Positions 48,301-62,610 of a stretch of DNA of 64,000 bases are shown here, one piece after another. The DNA comes from Geosiphon pyriformis uo1 (Eukaryota > Fungi > Glomeromycota). Each line of letters begins with the position of its first letter. Position 1 is the first letter of the stretch. The translations under genes were made by a program, and so were the position numbers. The notes under the pieces are model-generated. The model saw only the letters and a program-made list of their open reading frames with translations, did no database searches and was not told the origin of the DNA. The stretch is from NCBI GenBank assembly GCA_016748015.1, contig JAAOMT010000602.1, forward strand, positions 943,696 through 1,007,695. Direction: 5' to 3'.

Positions 48301-51300
48301 AGAACTGGTTCCCTTCTTAATGTTTGGCTGATTGCAGATGAATGTAAGGCTCTTGAGATTTGAGACATGTTGAATAATAGTGCCAACAGTGAGGATGTTT
48401 TTGTTTATCTGTCTGGGCTTAGGAAGAGTTATCACTGCTCTAAGATGCATAAGGCTAAAGCTGTTGAAGCTATTGTGATTAGGCATGCCATTAATAAGAG
48501 GATAGAAAATTTTTGCACAGACAAAGACCATATGATCAGGAGTATTTTAAATAGGCCATTTCACAAGGTGGTCTTTGACCATTTAGTGATGAATAATGAA
48601 CTTGTTTTAGATTCTGGTGAAGTCAAATCCAAAGTTGATGTGATAATAGAAAGATGGACCAGAAAGTGGTCAGCATCTACACCTCTTTCTACTCCTTGGG
48701 CTTGTCAATATGCTCCTTTGCAATATGTGAATAATGATGTTTTCTCTGGTGTTATGGATGTTATAGGTTTTGATGAGCTTTTTCAGATGGTCAAACATTT
48801 ACCGGATGGGAAGGCTGCTGGCTTTAGTAGTATTCCTAATGAATTGTGGAAGCATTATGATGAGGTCATTCTCAAGAGCTTATTGGATCTCCTAAATTTG
48901 TGTCTAAAGATGGGCATGGTTCCGATCTTGTAGAGAAGGGCATGAGTTTCCATAATACCTAAATCTTATGATTGAGATGGAGTCTTGACAAATACTCATC
49001 CTATTGTTTTACTGGAAACTGCTTGCAAGATCTTTTCTAAGATCCTTTCAGATCGGATTTTCCTTGCTTGCAGTAAGTTTGGGATATTGTATAGGGATAA
49101 CTTCTCAGTTCTTCATGGTACCTCTACACAGTCTCCTATTTTTACTGTTGGTTCAGTAGTGAAAAATGCTCTGAAAAAAGGCAGAAAGGTTTGGTTGGTT
49201 TTGCAGAATATGTGCAAAGCATATGACTCAGTCGGCTGGCACCACTTGGAGATTAGTTTGCAGTGCATCAAAATGTGTAGCAGATTTATTAAGTTCTTTG
49301 ATAGAATTCATGAGAATAGATTGAACTGTGTTATAACAGATTTTGGTCTTTCAGATGGTTATCAAGTGCTGGATGGTCTTGACCAAGGTAAAGTGTTCTT
49401 TTTTCTCCTTTGGCAGATCTTTTATAATCTCTTACTGTGTAAGGTTAAGAGACAGAAAAGTTTATGTGGCTACCAGATTAATACCAAATTTGTGGCCAAA
49501 TCAGACAGAGTAAACAATATGGATGGAATAATTTCATTCTTTGCAACTGGTGCTTTTGTTAATGACACTATCTGAGTAAGGAGTAGTCAGGCTGCCATAC
49601 AATTTATATTAAATGTTGTTAGTAAGTTCTTTGTGATTAATAATATTTTGATTAATAATGACAAAATGGTGGCCATTTCCATTAACCAGAGAGTTCAGAA
49701 TGCTGTTTCAGGATTAGTGGGTTGCCTATTTCAATAGCCAAACATGATATATCTCATAGATACCTGAATATATTCTTGTCGACTAATGGTCTGTCCAAGT
49801 TCAGTTTAGCTAAAACTCAATTTGATGTGAAGTTCTTTTCCAATATGGTGTTACATAAGACTATTTTTGACAAACAATTTTTGTATTTGGTTTCAGCTGT
49901 TCTTCAGTCCATTATTGGCTACCACACTCAATTTAGTTTTGTGTTCTCTTCTGTTTGTCAGCATTGGGATGCTATAATCAGAAAGGGTTTTAAGTTAAAG
50001 GCTGGTTTGTTTCAGAACTTTCCGAATGAGATGCTGTATCACCCCTTGCTATATGGTCTAAAGACATTTAAGCAAATTTAGGCTGAAGTGAAGTCTGCCT
50101 TTGTCATCAATTTTTCTAATACTTCTGGGATTGTTGGTCAGCTTTTTGAACACCAGTTCCTGAATTTGCAAATTTTGAGCTGGGTCCCCCTGAATCTCTT
50201 GTAGTATTCAGTGAGATTATGAATTAGTCCATTCAACAATTTTCTGGCTAGGATAGTGCATGTCTTTCTAAACAATAATATTTCATTGGTAAACAATTTG
50301 CCTAATGCTTTTTTTAATTCTGGCAGGTATTCAGTTTCTAGTGTCTTGAGATCTTCTTTGTATTATGATCAAATTGTTTTATTGAAGAAATTTGGTATGG
50401 CTTTCTGCAACAGACTTTTGGACAAATATGGTAGAGTCTTGGACTGGCAAACATTCTGGTATTGGAAGAAACTGGATCTCAGAAGACTTATGTCTTCTTG
50501 GTTTGTCTTGGTTTTAAGATTCTTACATGATATGATTTCTTCATTAGCATCCTCCAGTAATGATTTTATGGTGGATGTCAATGACATTTTGGTCTCAAGT
50601 TAATTCTCTAATGTTAAAAATAGTCTACTGAAGGTTTGGTCAAATTCTATATCTGTTTTTACAAATGGATCTTTGAGAGGACTTGGTTCTAATGAGGTGG
50701 CTGGAGGTGCTGCAAAATTCTTTTCTGAAGTCAGATTAGGAATAGAGGTTAAGGTAGTAGGTCTTTTATCTTCAACAATGGCTGAATTACAGACTGTTGC
50801 TTTAGTACTGAAGTGTGTTCCTTTTTCTTGTTCAGTAGAGGTGTGTTTGAACATTCAAGCCACTTTGAATGCATGTGTTTCAGAATTGAAGATGGGTGTC
50901 TCTGATTTTCGTAATTGCTATTGGATAGAAAAGAGGCATATTGCGAATTTGGTTAGTCAAAAGAACATTTCTGTGGTTTGGTCAAAAGTCAAAGGCCACT
51001 CTGGTGTAGTGAGTAATGATTATGCAGATGTGTTAGCAGACATTTTTGCCCACTCTTTCTTGCTGCTGCTGACTAATGTGTGTGAACATTTTATAATGGC
51101 CAATGGCATGCTGATTTCTGGTAACATTTGCTACTTTGTTTATAATATTTTTAGATCTGTGAATTACACACATTGGGAAATTGGTTCTGGTTCTAAGATT
51201 CTGTGTGGTTTTTCGGTACATAACATTAATTGGGTTAGGACTGTGGCCATTTGGCATCTGGATTTGGACATGCTATTTGGGTCGACAAGTAGAGCTTTAG

Positions 51301-52080
51301 TTAGTTTGCATTCCTATTTTATGAAGGCTGTGTATGGCAGATTGCCTGTTGCAGTTAGGAAGAGACTTTATGACAAGAAATATCCTGGCATTTTGTGCTT
51401 GCATTGTGGTAAAATTGAATTCTCAGATTATGTGTTCACTTGTAGCAAAAAAGCTGTCTTTCATAGTGAAATTTTGTTCAAGTGGGTAGCAGTTTGGAGG
51501 TCTTTAGCTGGCTTTTGTTTCCCAGTGCCTTTAGTGGTCTTAGAATTTCTTCTCTTATGTGTACATGATATTGGCTTATATGCCCTTCTTTGCAAAGGCT
51601 TTGTGCTTGTAGGATGGTTTGAGAAAGCTGTGCAGATATTTGAGAATCACAAAAAGGCTGTCTGGATTCTTGTTGATTTTGTGTGGAACATGGGAATGTA
51701 ACATTGTTCTGAGTTGTGGGGGTTTAGATCCCAGTTTAGAGCTGATATGAAGAAAAATAATTTGGTCAGTGACTTAGGTGTATTGTCTGTGGCATTATGT
51801 GGCTCAGCACAGAATTTATCAGATGATACAGTTAGGTTGGTTGGTACTAATGATTCCTTTGGAGTCAGTTTTGGTTTTCATAAGCCTTATTTGTTTTTTT
51901 CTGGTTTGGATGATTTGGCTACTGTTCTTATAAGTGTGTAGTATTGCTTTGATTAGTCTGAGTGATTAGTCATATGTAGTAAATACATGAATTGCATCTA
52001 GCTGGGATTTATAGTTTTGATTCTGTATACTAGATAGTGATTGGACTGCATTCATTAAACTATTAATAATAATAAAAAAT
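45313..52080 (+). mobile_element. Full-length LINE (ORF1 45454-47254; ORF2 ~47251-51941 APE-RT-RNaseH-zinc finger; 3' UTR; (TAA)n/A tail); pseudogenised
   Basis: KIATCNVRD, DFNEN, KAAGFSSIPNELWKH, KAYDSVGW, GAFVNDT, KVKGHSG, CLHCGKIEFSDYVFTC, shared 3' UTR. Confidence 0.95.
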
Positions 52081-55000
52081 AACTTTTATAATTAATAATT
52101 TAATTTTTAAAATCTATAATTATATAAATAAATTTATTAATTATATTATTTAAATTTAATTAATAAGTTTTAATTTATTTTATTAAAATCTTATTATTTC
52201 TTTATTAATATAATATTATTAATAATACTAAAATAATAGTAAAAAAACTTTTTTCTTTCTTTTGTTTTAATTTTCAAAAAAAAGTTCAGAATTTTAAAAG
52301 AAGTTTTTTCTGTTTTACTATTGTATATTTCACTATTTCTAAAATACCAAATTCTTTTGTTGTCAAACTGGCTATCACTATAAGTAATTTTGATGCTAAG
52401 AAAAAATTAGTTAGAGTTGTAGCTTTAGATTTTGTTAATCATAGTTTGGCTCAAAAACAGAAGTTGTTACTTAACAATATTAAGCATTCTGATAATAAAG
52501 TGAATTTAAGTTTTAGAAATTCAGAAAAAGTTGTTGAACAGTTTGCTGGAATAGATATAAATAATAATACTAGTAATAAAAGTAAAGCTTAGTTAAATTT
52601 TAGAATTAATACACCTAAGACCAAAAAAGTTAACACTAATGTTGTAGTTGGTTTTTTAATTGGCTTTCTAATCTATAATATGAATAATAAAAATGAATTT
52701 TTCCTTTTTTTCTGCCTACTTATTTCTTTAAATAAGAAGTAGATTGATCCAAAAATTGTAAAAACTCAAATGGAAGTTGCTGTCAAGAAATTATTTGTTT
52801 TGGATATTAATTTTTCAGCAGTGAAAAGCAAGTTAGCAATCATAAAAACTCAGTTGATTAGAAAACTTTTTACAACAATCAATGGTTTTGGGGAGACTAC
52901 TATTTCTTCAACCTTTAAAGAAATCATTAAATTTACTTTTATTTCAGAAAATAGCATAGAAAAGGCTGTATTATTGGACAGAAAAAAATAAATTACTATA
53001 AACAATGATCTCAAAAAACAAGAAATGTATTTAGATTGAACTGTAATTATTAAAGAAATTCCCATAAATATGCCAAAAGAAATAATTGTTGTTGCAATTG
53101 CCAAGTTTAGTCAAATTGTATTAATCAAAATTCAACTTATTGAATTATGGCAGAAAGCTGTAGTAGAATTTGTTAAATCAGATTAGGCTAAGCTATTAAC
53201 TTCTAAATAATCATTCTTAATTAGAAAAGATTCAATACATGTGGTTATAACAGTGACAAATTATGGAATTTGGACATTTAAAAATTAATTTAAAGCATTT
53301 TTGTTTACATTGTCTGTGAACACAACAGTTTATAATTTGGACACTTTGTTGAGAGGAACTGGTAAAAAAATTTGTATTATTAATCACTCAATAGAAACTA
53401 ACAACTGAATTTGTTGTGCTGTGATTGGTTTTGAATTTAATGAAAAATTAGAGTCTGTGTTTTACATAGAGCCAATTTTTGGTAATATAAAACTCTTATG
53501 AGCTAGAATAAATTTGGTTTGGTGTAAAAAATATGAACATTTTGGACATTTGGTTCTTAAGTATAATACATTAGGTGTGTTTGTTTTGCCTTCTTCAAAA
53601 ACTTATAAAAGATTTGTCTTAGAAGATAATTGTTTTTAACTTGCCAAATTATATGCAAAGAAGAGTGTTCTGATTTCTTGTCCTACTGTTTTTGGTAACA
53701 ACTTTTGGACTTAAGTAGTTTCAGTTGCTGTTTTTTCTGATGCATCTTATCTCAGTTTTGGTTTTGGTTCTGAATTATATCTCTTAGATTTGTTTTATAC
53801 TGATAAAGTTTCTTTAATTCTTAATAATAATTTGTTAATAGTTGCTTACTTGATCTTTCTGAAATGTATTTTGGAACTTTTGGCTAATCAGGTATTTGGT
53901 ATGATGTGCAAATTCAGTAATGTGAAATTGGTTTCCTTGTTTTTATTCTCTTCTTTTCATAATTTAATTAATATAATAAATTCTGACTTGAGTTTGAATT
54001 TAAACATAGTATCAAATAAGTCAAAAATTTTATTTCCATTTTCTTCTCTGGTCATAACTGAAGTATTAGTATTAGATTAAAGTAGTTTAAAAATCTTAAC
54101 CACCAAAGTGGGTAGTTTAGAATTAAAATTGGTAGCTTTTAAAGCTTTTGTTGATTTAGTTTTAATAAAATTAGATCTGTTGTGTACTGGTTTAGATTCT
54201 TTGGTATCTTCTTAATTTTAATAAGTAATTTAGTTTGGAAAATTGGAATTTATAATATAAAAGGCATAAAAAATTTAGCTAAACAGAAAGATGTGATTAG
54301 ATGACATAAAAACTTTTGTAATTTAATTTTTATTATTACTAAAAAAAAGCTTAAGAGCTGTACTAAACTTTGGCTTAAAAACAAGTTTTTTGGTTTGAAA
54401 ATTTTTAGTTCTGAATTAGATGCTGAACATTTGGGTTTAGAGGTGACAATAATTTTGAATGAAAATTTTGCTTGTCATATATACAAAGTTTTTGAGATAT
54501 TTGGTCATCTTCTATCTGTCTGTTTTTTTTTGCTAGTAAAAATTTTATAACAATTTTGGGTTTATATACAAGTGTTTTAGTTAGTATAAGATTTGATCAG
54601 ACATTCAAAATTAATTTGCTTATAGTCATGATTGTTAATTTAAGTTTTTATGTAATATTTGATGGTAACTTTAATGAAAATAGGGTGGGGCACTGTGCAA
54701 GTTTCAAAAAATGTTTGGATTTGGAATTACACAACACATTTTTAGACAGTTCACTTTTTAAACTTCCAACATAGTACAATTCTAAGAGGGCAAAAAAGAC
54801 TATTGATTATGTTTTTGTTAGTGGGCATTTTTTAATAGCTGTACTAAATTGTTGTGTTAACAATGTCTCTGAGTTTTTTGATATTAATTATTTAGCTGTG
54901 TCTGTTTCTGTAGATCTGAATGGCTTTCTGAAAAAACAATTAAGTATATTGTATAAAACAGCTAATAAAAATTGTTGGAAGTTCAATTTTAAAAATACAG

Positions 55001-57478
55001 ATGCTATTATATAGACCTATTTTATTGATTGTGTATTTGCTAAAATATTATTGTTAACAAATAAGTTTACAATTGCTAAGAATTTTAGTGGCTTGAATTT
55101 TATGTAGAAGATAATAAAAAAAGTAATGACTAACTCTGTAGATTCAATTTTTTCTAAACATTTGTTTAATATCTTTGACTGTTTAAGAAACAAACAGTCT
55201 TCTAAGTTTTACAGGCTTGAATTGTTAATTGTTAAGATACTTAAAGTTTAAGTTCAAAGAATAGCTTAGAATTTGCTTGTTTGATTAAGGTTTGGTCAAA
55301 TTTTAATATTACAGAGGCTTCTAAAATCAACAGCTTGCTTGGTAGTAGTATTAATTTTGTAAATATCATTAAACATTTGTTAATGGTCAAAAAAAGTTAT
55401 TATAAGTCCAAGTATAGAAAATTAAATCTGGCCAAAAGTGCTTTTGTTAAAAAAACAATCAACAAATGTATAAATAATTTTAGTTCAGATAAAAAAAGTA
55501 TAATTAAGAGTATTCTGGATTGGCTATTTCACAAAATTGTTTTTAATTATTTGGTTGTTGAAAAAGAGTTGATTTTAAAGCCAACCAATGTAAAACTCAA
55601 AGTTAACTTAATTATAGTAGATTAGATAAGAAAATAAAAAATATCTATGACTATACCAAATTTATGGTTTTACTAGTATGCACTATTGAGCTATATAGAA
55701 AAAAACACCTTTTTAGATATAATAGATGAAATTAAATTGATTGATTTGGTCTTAGTTATTAAGAATTTACTTGATAGCAAAGCTATTAAACTCTTAGGTA
55801 TATTAAATAAACTTTGAAAGCATTGAGATAATATGATTTTGGATTGTTTTTTGGCTTTGTTAAATGCTTATTTGTTACATGATAATGTTTTAACTTCCTG
55901 GAAGAGTGCTTAGGTGTCAATGATTCTCAAGCCCTATGATTGAAATAATAACTTTATAAACACATATCCTATTGTTTTGATTAAAATAACTAGAAAAATT
56001 TTGTCAAAGCTTTTATCAGACCACATATTTTTAGCTTGTAGTAAGTTTAATGTTCTTTGAAATAACAACTTTTCAGTCTTAAAAAGTACTTTAACCTAAT
56101 AATCTGTATTTGTTATTAGTTCTATAATAGAAAATGTCTTAAAAAAAAGGAAAAAACTCTAGTTATTTTTACAGAATATGCATAAAGCTTATGATTTAGT
56201 AAAGTGGTATCATCTGGAAGCTAGTTTAAAGCATATTAGAATATGTAACAAATTCATTAAGTTCTTTGGAAATATTTATTTGAACAGAACCAACAGGGTA
56301 ATAATTAATTTTGGTCTCTTAAATAGTTATAAAATGCTAGATGGATTTGATCAAGGTGAAGTTTTTTCACTACTTTTTTAGAAAATTTTTTATGACTTTT
56401 TTTTATGTGAGATCAAAAGACATAAATATTTGTGTAAATATAAAGTTGATTTGAAATTCATTATAAAATCTGGTAAAATATAATTTTAGGCTGAGATAAC
56501 TATTTTTTTTGCTGTTGGGGCATTTATGAATAATACAATTTGAATAAACAGTAGTCAAGCTACTACTTAGTACATTTTAAACATAACCAGTGAATTTTTT
56601 GCACTTAATAATATTTCTATAAACACCAAGAAGACTGTTGTTATTCTTATTAATCAAAAAATCAGAAATGTTTCCTTGTTTATTAATGGCTCATTAATTG
56701 CAGTGGCTAAAAAAAGTGAATTTTATTAGTACTTGAATATATTTTTGTCAACAGAAGAACTGTTTAAGCTTAGTTTGGCTAAGGCATATTTAAATATATA
56801 GTTTTTTTCAAACATGGTTTTGTGCAAAGTGATTTCTGATAAACAATTTTGTTTTTTGGTTTTCTTGGTTTTACAATTCATTATTGGCTACAAAATATAA
56901 TTTAATTTTATTCTAGAAAGCACTTGTTCTAAATAAGACATTATAATTAAGAAAGATCTAAAAATCAAGTTACCTATAGCTACATTGTTGTATTTTTTTT
57001 TTATGGTATTAAGACTTTTAGCCAAATGCAGACTGAGTGTAAATTGTTTTCTGTTATGAGTTTTGTGAATGCTCCTGGTATTCTGAAACAGCTTTTTGTT
57101 TACAGATGTTTAGATTTGCAAGTTTCTAGTTAGTTATTATAGTGCAAACTATTTATAGTCATCAAACAATTTATATAATTTTAAATTATATCTAGTCTTC
57201 CAATTTTAATAATATTAAAAAACTAAACTGTAAATATAATAGATTAAGTTCTTTTCTTTTACATTTATGATTTACTTTTTTGAATTATATTATATTTTAT
57301 AAAGTTATTAAAATTTAAAATTAGCCACTTTTATTATTAATCTTTAATTTTCAAATGCCAATCAATTAGATTTTAGCCAATCAGCAATCATTAAAATTAC
57401 ATTACCACATGATAAATCATCAAAGTATTATTATTTTTAGAAAAGCTTTCAATTAATATTAATTTAATCTTTAGATAG

Positions 57479-60375
57479 TTACTTTTTTATAAAAATATAA
57501 TATCTCTTGGCCTGTATGTTTTCTACTAGTAACACAGCACTATTAATCATGAATATTCTATTTATATTATTACTATATTTGGTTGTTATTATTGAGACAG
57601 AAATCCAGATATTAATATTGTTCACATTAGGTGTTAAAGAAATTGTAAAAGTATTATGAACGATTGTCGAAAAATTTGAAAATGTTATTTATGTTCTATT
57701 TGTAATTTTGTATTGATAAATATTGAGAACAACTGGCTTTGGTACTGGAAGCAACAGATTTCAGGCAAAAATTGGAATGACTGTAACATTGTTACAGGTG
57801 ATTATTTGGGGTCTTAAAGCAAATAACAAACCCATAACTTGGTGTTTAATTGCTATAAGAATGTTGATTTCTGAAAGTTGTTTGTATCTAAAGGTTTTTG
57901 TGATTTGAAGATTTGAGTTGAGTTCTTTGTATAATAAACAGAGATTCACTATGATTGGTGTTGGTTGATTTCTCAAGTTGTTTTTCCCAATTTCTGTCTT
58001 CAGCATAGTGACTGGTTTAATCTGGCAGTTATGTCTTTTTGATAAGCTATCCATTAATATATATATAATTCTACTCTTATTTCTGAGTTTTTTACTAGAC
58101 TATCTATGACGTCAATAACTTAGCACTTTAATTCTTTTAATCAATTAGTACACAACAACAAAAAATAAAAATAAAGAAAAGAAAATAAAAGAAATAAAGA
58201 AAAGATAAAAAAAATAAGCCAATGTGATTGCAAGTTAGTATTTTGTCAATAGCTATGATCAAGAACTATTGTTTCAGTGTGGTTAAATATCAATTATTAT
58301 TAACATAAAGTGTTGATAGTGGAGAGTAGATTGAGATAGTAAATAATTATTTATTGATATTTGTGGTGTGAAAGATTGCTTAAATTAAATCTAAACTAAG
58401 AGATCTGTCTTTTTTTCTTCTAATACTACCACTATATATACATAATTGAGATTCCTCAATTCCTCAATTTTTTACACCAGGAATTCTGGAATTCTTAGAA
58501 TCCTGCAATTTCTTTTGAAAAGAATCCTAAAATTCTGGAATCTTGCAATTCCTTATATAAAAATCCTGAAATTTCACATTTACTATGGCTATTTCTAATT
58601 GGCTAATTTATATGCTAATATACTTTCTATATTCTATGAATAACAATGTGATTGGCTGTCAGCCCAAGAGTAATACTGTAAATGAAATGTTTGGTATTAA
58701 GAAACATTACAAAAGATTAATTACTTACTTCAACTCCTATACCTTAAAGTAAAGGCGTGGTTCAAAATTTATGAAAAAAATTAATGCAATTAATTTTTTA
58801 ATAAATGGACTCTGCGGTAAATTATAGATGGCTTATCTTTTTTTGCAGCATCATATACACAACATATGTTCTTTAATAATTGATGTTTTAACCACTTTTT
58901 TTTTGTAAAATTTTAGGAATAAATTGTGTTTTGTCTGATAAGAGAAATAATTAAAAGCTTAAAAATATAAAGCATAAGAGTAGTATTCATGATTAAAAAT
59001 TAACTTGATTAGGTTTGAAAAAAAAAGAATCTGCAAATTATTTTTGCAATTTATAAGAGATAAGAAACAGTAAGCAACTTTAAAAATTTTGACCAATATT
59101 ATTTTTATTATAATGTGGATACTTACTTTGAATTTACAAATAACTTTTCAATAACTATAATATTGTGTTTTAAAGAATTACTTGGATCTAAGAAATATAT
59201 GAAATCTCTTGTAATAAAGATTTCTGGTTAAATTTAATATTTGAATAATAAATTATATTAAAGAAAAATATAATAACTAAAATACCTATCATGTATTCGA
59301 TTAAATCATGATCTAGTTTTAAAATTGGTTTCTTAGACTGTAAAAGAAATTTCAATTGCTGAATATTTCAACAATTTATTAGAATGTAATATATAATAGC
59401 TTATTACAGTAATCAAAAAATTTATATTAGTTGGTGTTAATTTAGAGGAATTAGGTTAGAATTGAAAGATCTTTGGCTTTATCTTAATTGAGAGAACTGA
59501 AGTTATCTTAAAGCCCATAATCTTAAATAGCTCTTTTTTGTTAGTGTTGTACATTTTCTAACAAGTTTGTTTTAATGCAAAAAATATATAAAATGTATTA
59601 GTTCAAGTAAATAAAACCCAGATTTTTTTGTGAAGGCCTAATAAACTTCTTAATTGTAAGAATTTAGCATCTTTGAAAATATGTAAATCATTATTAAAAT
59701 ACATGGCATTTTCAAAATCAATTACAAGTTCTGATTAAATTTATAAATGGATAATATTTTTTTCGAATTTTCTATTGATGTAATATAGAAAACATATATT
59801 AAGTATTAAGTAACCAATGAAAAAGAAGTGCATAGTATCAATCTTGATCATGTTTAAGAATCTTGGCTTTTTAATCACATCATAATATTCTGAATATTTT
59901 TTTTTGGATGGTAAATCCATAAATAATTCAGCATATTGTTGATCACTGAATATGAAAATTAGAGGTTACAACTAGGCTGTAATACTAAAATTGAAATTTA
60001 TCTCAAATATTCTTACTTACTATCTTTTTAATTAACAATTATTTGCAATAAATTTTTTATTAGCTTTGAGAAATTGGCTTTAATTTGAAAATCGGGTTTT
60101 TTTTGAGTTGGTTGTTTAATTGTTAATATTAGACTTTTTTGCCCAAATTCCTTGTTATAAGTTGAAGAGATTTTTGTGGTAACTATTTTTATTGATGTTA
60201 CTTGAATTTTCGGCTCAGATGATCTCTTTAATCCCAATAAAAAATTTTTTTTGATGAATGCCAAAGGAGCTTTTTTTGATTGCTTCTTATTCAAAACTAC
60301 AAAACAGAAATTAAAGTTTAAATTGAAACAAAAAAAATTTAAAGAATAAATATATACCTAAGTTAAAAACACTAT
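57479..60375 (-). pseudogene. Transposon cargo gene: bromodomain + BAH (RSC1/2-polybromo-like) chromatin reader, intron-containing, interrupted by a solo LTR
   Basis: Spliced translation KDSN|DQQYAELFMDLPSKKKYSEYYDVIKKP...ENAMYFNNDLHIFKDAKFLQ (bromodomain, ~60060-59654); RDFIYFLDPSNSLKHNIIVIEKLF, FADSFFFKPNQ|TKHNLFLKFYKKKVVKT (BAH, 59223-58880). Confidence 0.82.
57790..58645 (-). repeat. Solo LTR, family A (856 bp), 4-bp TSD
   Basis: TGTTA...TAACA termini, homologous to 387-1225 and 19766-20591. Flanks ACAT and ATGT are both one transition from ACGT. Confidence 0.92.
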
Positions 60376-60480
60376 TTTTATTATAATACAATTTTGTTGT
60401 ATAATATTATATGGTTTAAATTCTTTAATTCTGTCTAAGCACCAATTACATACTAAATTAATATCACATCACATAAAAAA

Positions 60481-62610
60481 ATACCACTTTATTTTAAAGA
60501 AAAAAGAAAAGCTAAAGATTAAGTTAGAAATGCAAAAAGATCATATAAAAAAACACATCATATTACTTTAATAAATGATCATAATATTAAAGTAAATAAA
60601 TTTAACAGATTGAATGTTAATGATAAAGAGTGGGATAATAATAATAACAGTGAATGAGATAATACAGAAGATATGAAAACTGCGATTAAAATAAATACAA
60701 AATTAAAAAAACTCAGTTTAGTATGGAAAAATGACAATCATCTAAAAAAAAAGTGAGGCTTTTACATAACAAAAGATACCAAAGTCAATTTATTACAATA
60801 AATATAGACCAAATGATTTATTCATCAAAGCAGCAACCAAAACTAAAAAAATTACCACTTTCTTTAATATTAGTGATGCTTAAACTACAGATTTACAATG
60901 TTCCAAATCTAATAAATTTTTAAACAATTCAGAAAGTGAGGTTAATTTGTATGCTAATCAAATAAAAAAAGAACAAAAGTTAAAAAAATATTTAGAAAAA
61001 CAACATACTCAGTTAAATGTCTTTAAATATAATCAAAAAAGAGCTATTTTTGAATATCTTACCTTATTAAATAATAATAATAGACATGGAAAAATTAATA
61101 CCAGTTTGAAAATTATTCAGAAGATTTTTATTGATGGTAGTATATAGAAAACACAAAAAATTCGATATCTTGCAAAATATTGGTTGCTTAATAATAAATT
61201 TTCAACATCAAAACATGAAAAACACCAAAAAATAATTAGAATAATTGATGATGAAGACATTGTGGAAAGATGTCATATTTGGATTAGAAACCAAAAACTT
61301 CAATGCCATTCCAGCCATATTTAAAAAATTCATTAAGCATAAATTGTTTCCTAATATTAGAATAATAAAAAAAAAACTATTAGTCTTATGATTGCAATAA
61401 GATAGCTCAAAATTCTTGGTTATTCATTCCAATAATATTATTAAGGCTTATATTATAATAGACATAAAAGAAATAATGTCTTGTAATCTCGAAAAAAAAT
61501 TTTAGAAAAAATATTTGAGCATAAAAAATATATGTCAAAATATGAAAGTAAATTTATGGATTGAATACATTCTAACTTACTTAATGGAGAGAAAAAAAGA
61601 GTTCTTGTAGTCCATGATAAATGTATTTTTTATTTAAATAATGACAAGCATGACATATAGACTGAACATAAAAATTTTTACTAAGAAAAAAAGAAAAAGG
61701 AAGATCAATTATAATTAGTAAATTTCTAACTGAAATTAATGGATATTTACATTTACAACAAAATGATATAGAAAACTATTCTAATATACTGGAAAAGGCA
61801 CAATGCTATTTGTAATTTAATATAAATCAAAATGGTTATTAGACAGCAGACCATCTTCTTAAACAAATTAAATGTAAAGCAATTCCAATTTTTAAGAAAT
61901 TATATTTGAACTGTACAGTTATATTTGCTTTTGATAATAGCTCTAATCATACAGCATTTAGTAAAGATGTTTTAATTGTAAGCAAAATGAATTTAAGTCC
62001 AGATAAAAGCAATCATTGATGCAAGATACTTCTTTTGGATTAGATAATCAATTACAATTGATGATCTTTCCAGAAACATATTCAAATAAAAAACTTTAAA
62101 GATTGCCTAAAAGAATTAAACAAGTATTAATAGAATAAAGAAAATGGCCATCAAAAAGATTAGTATTAGAATGCCAAAAATGCAAAGAAAAAATCAAAGA
62201 TTTTTCAAGAATTTCTTGTTGTGCATATCAAGTAATATCTTTGGAATTTGATTTTCTTGCTTAAAAAAATGCAATTAAAGAATTAATTGAAAGTATAAGA
62301 CATAAGTGCATTTTTTTTCCAAAATTTCATTGTGAATTAAATTTTATTGAAAGATATTAGAGAGCTGCTAAAAGATATACACATAACAAATGTAATTATT
62401 TATGGAAAAAATTACAAAAAACAGTACTTGAAAGTCTTGAATCAATATCTTTAATAACTATTAAATGATTTTCAAGAAAATGTTGGTGTTATATGAATTT
62501 TTATAGAAAAAGTCTTAATAGAAAATTAGTAAAATATGCTATAAAAAAGTATAAATCTTATAAAAAAATTCCAGATTATATTCTTAAAAAATTAGACAAA
62601 TTAAATAATA
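60481..62610 (+). pseudogene. DDE transposase (IS630/Tc1-like)
   Basis: IIDDEDI, VLVVHDKCIFY (D1, ~61616), IFAFDNSSNH (D2, 61933), FFPKFHCELNFIERY (E, 62349). Many C>T-type stops. Confidence 0.92.

Noticed and set aside
45291-52090. AAAATAACTTT as TSD of the full-length LINE
   Set aside because: Offset from the apparent 5' end and low complexity, so it cannot be distinguished from chance.
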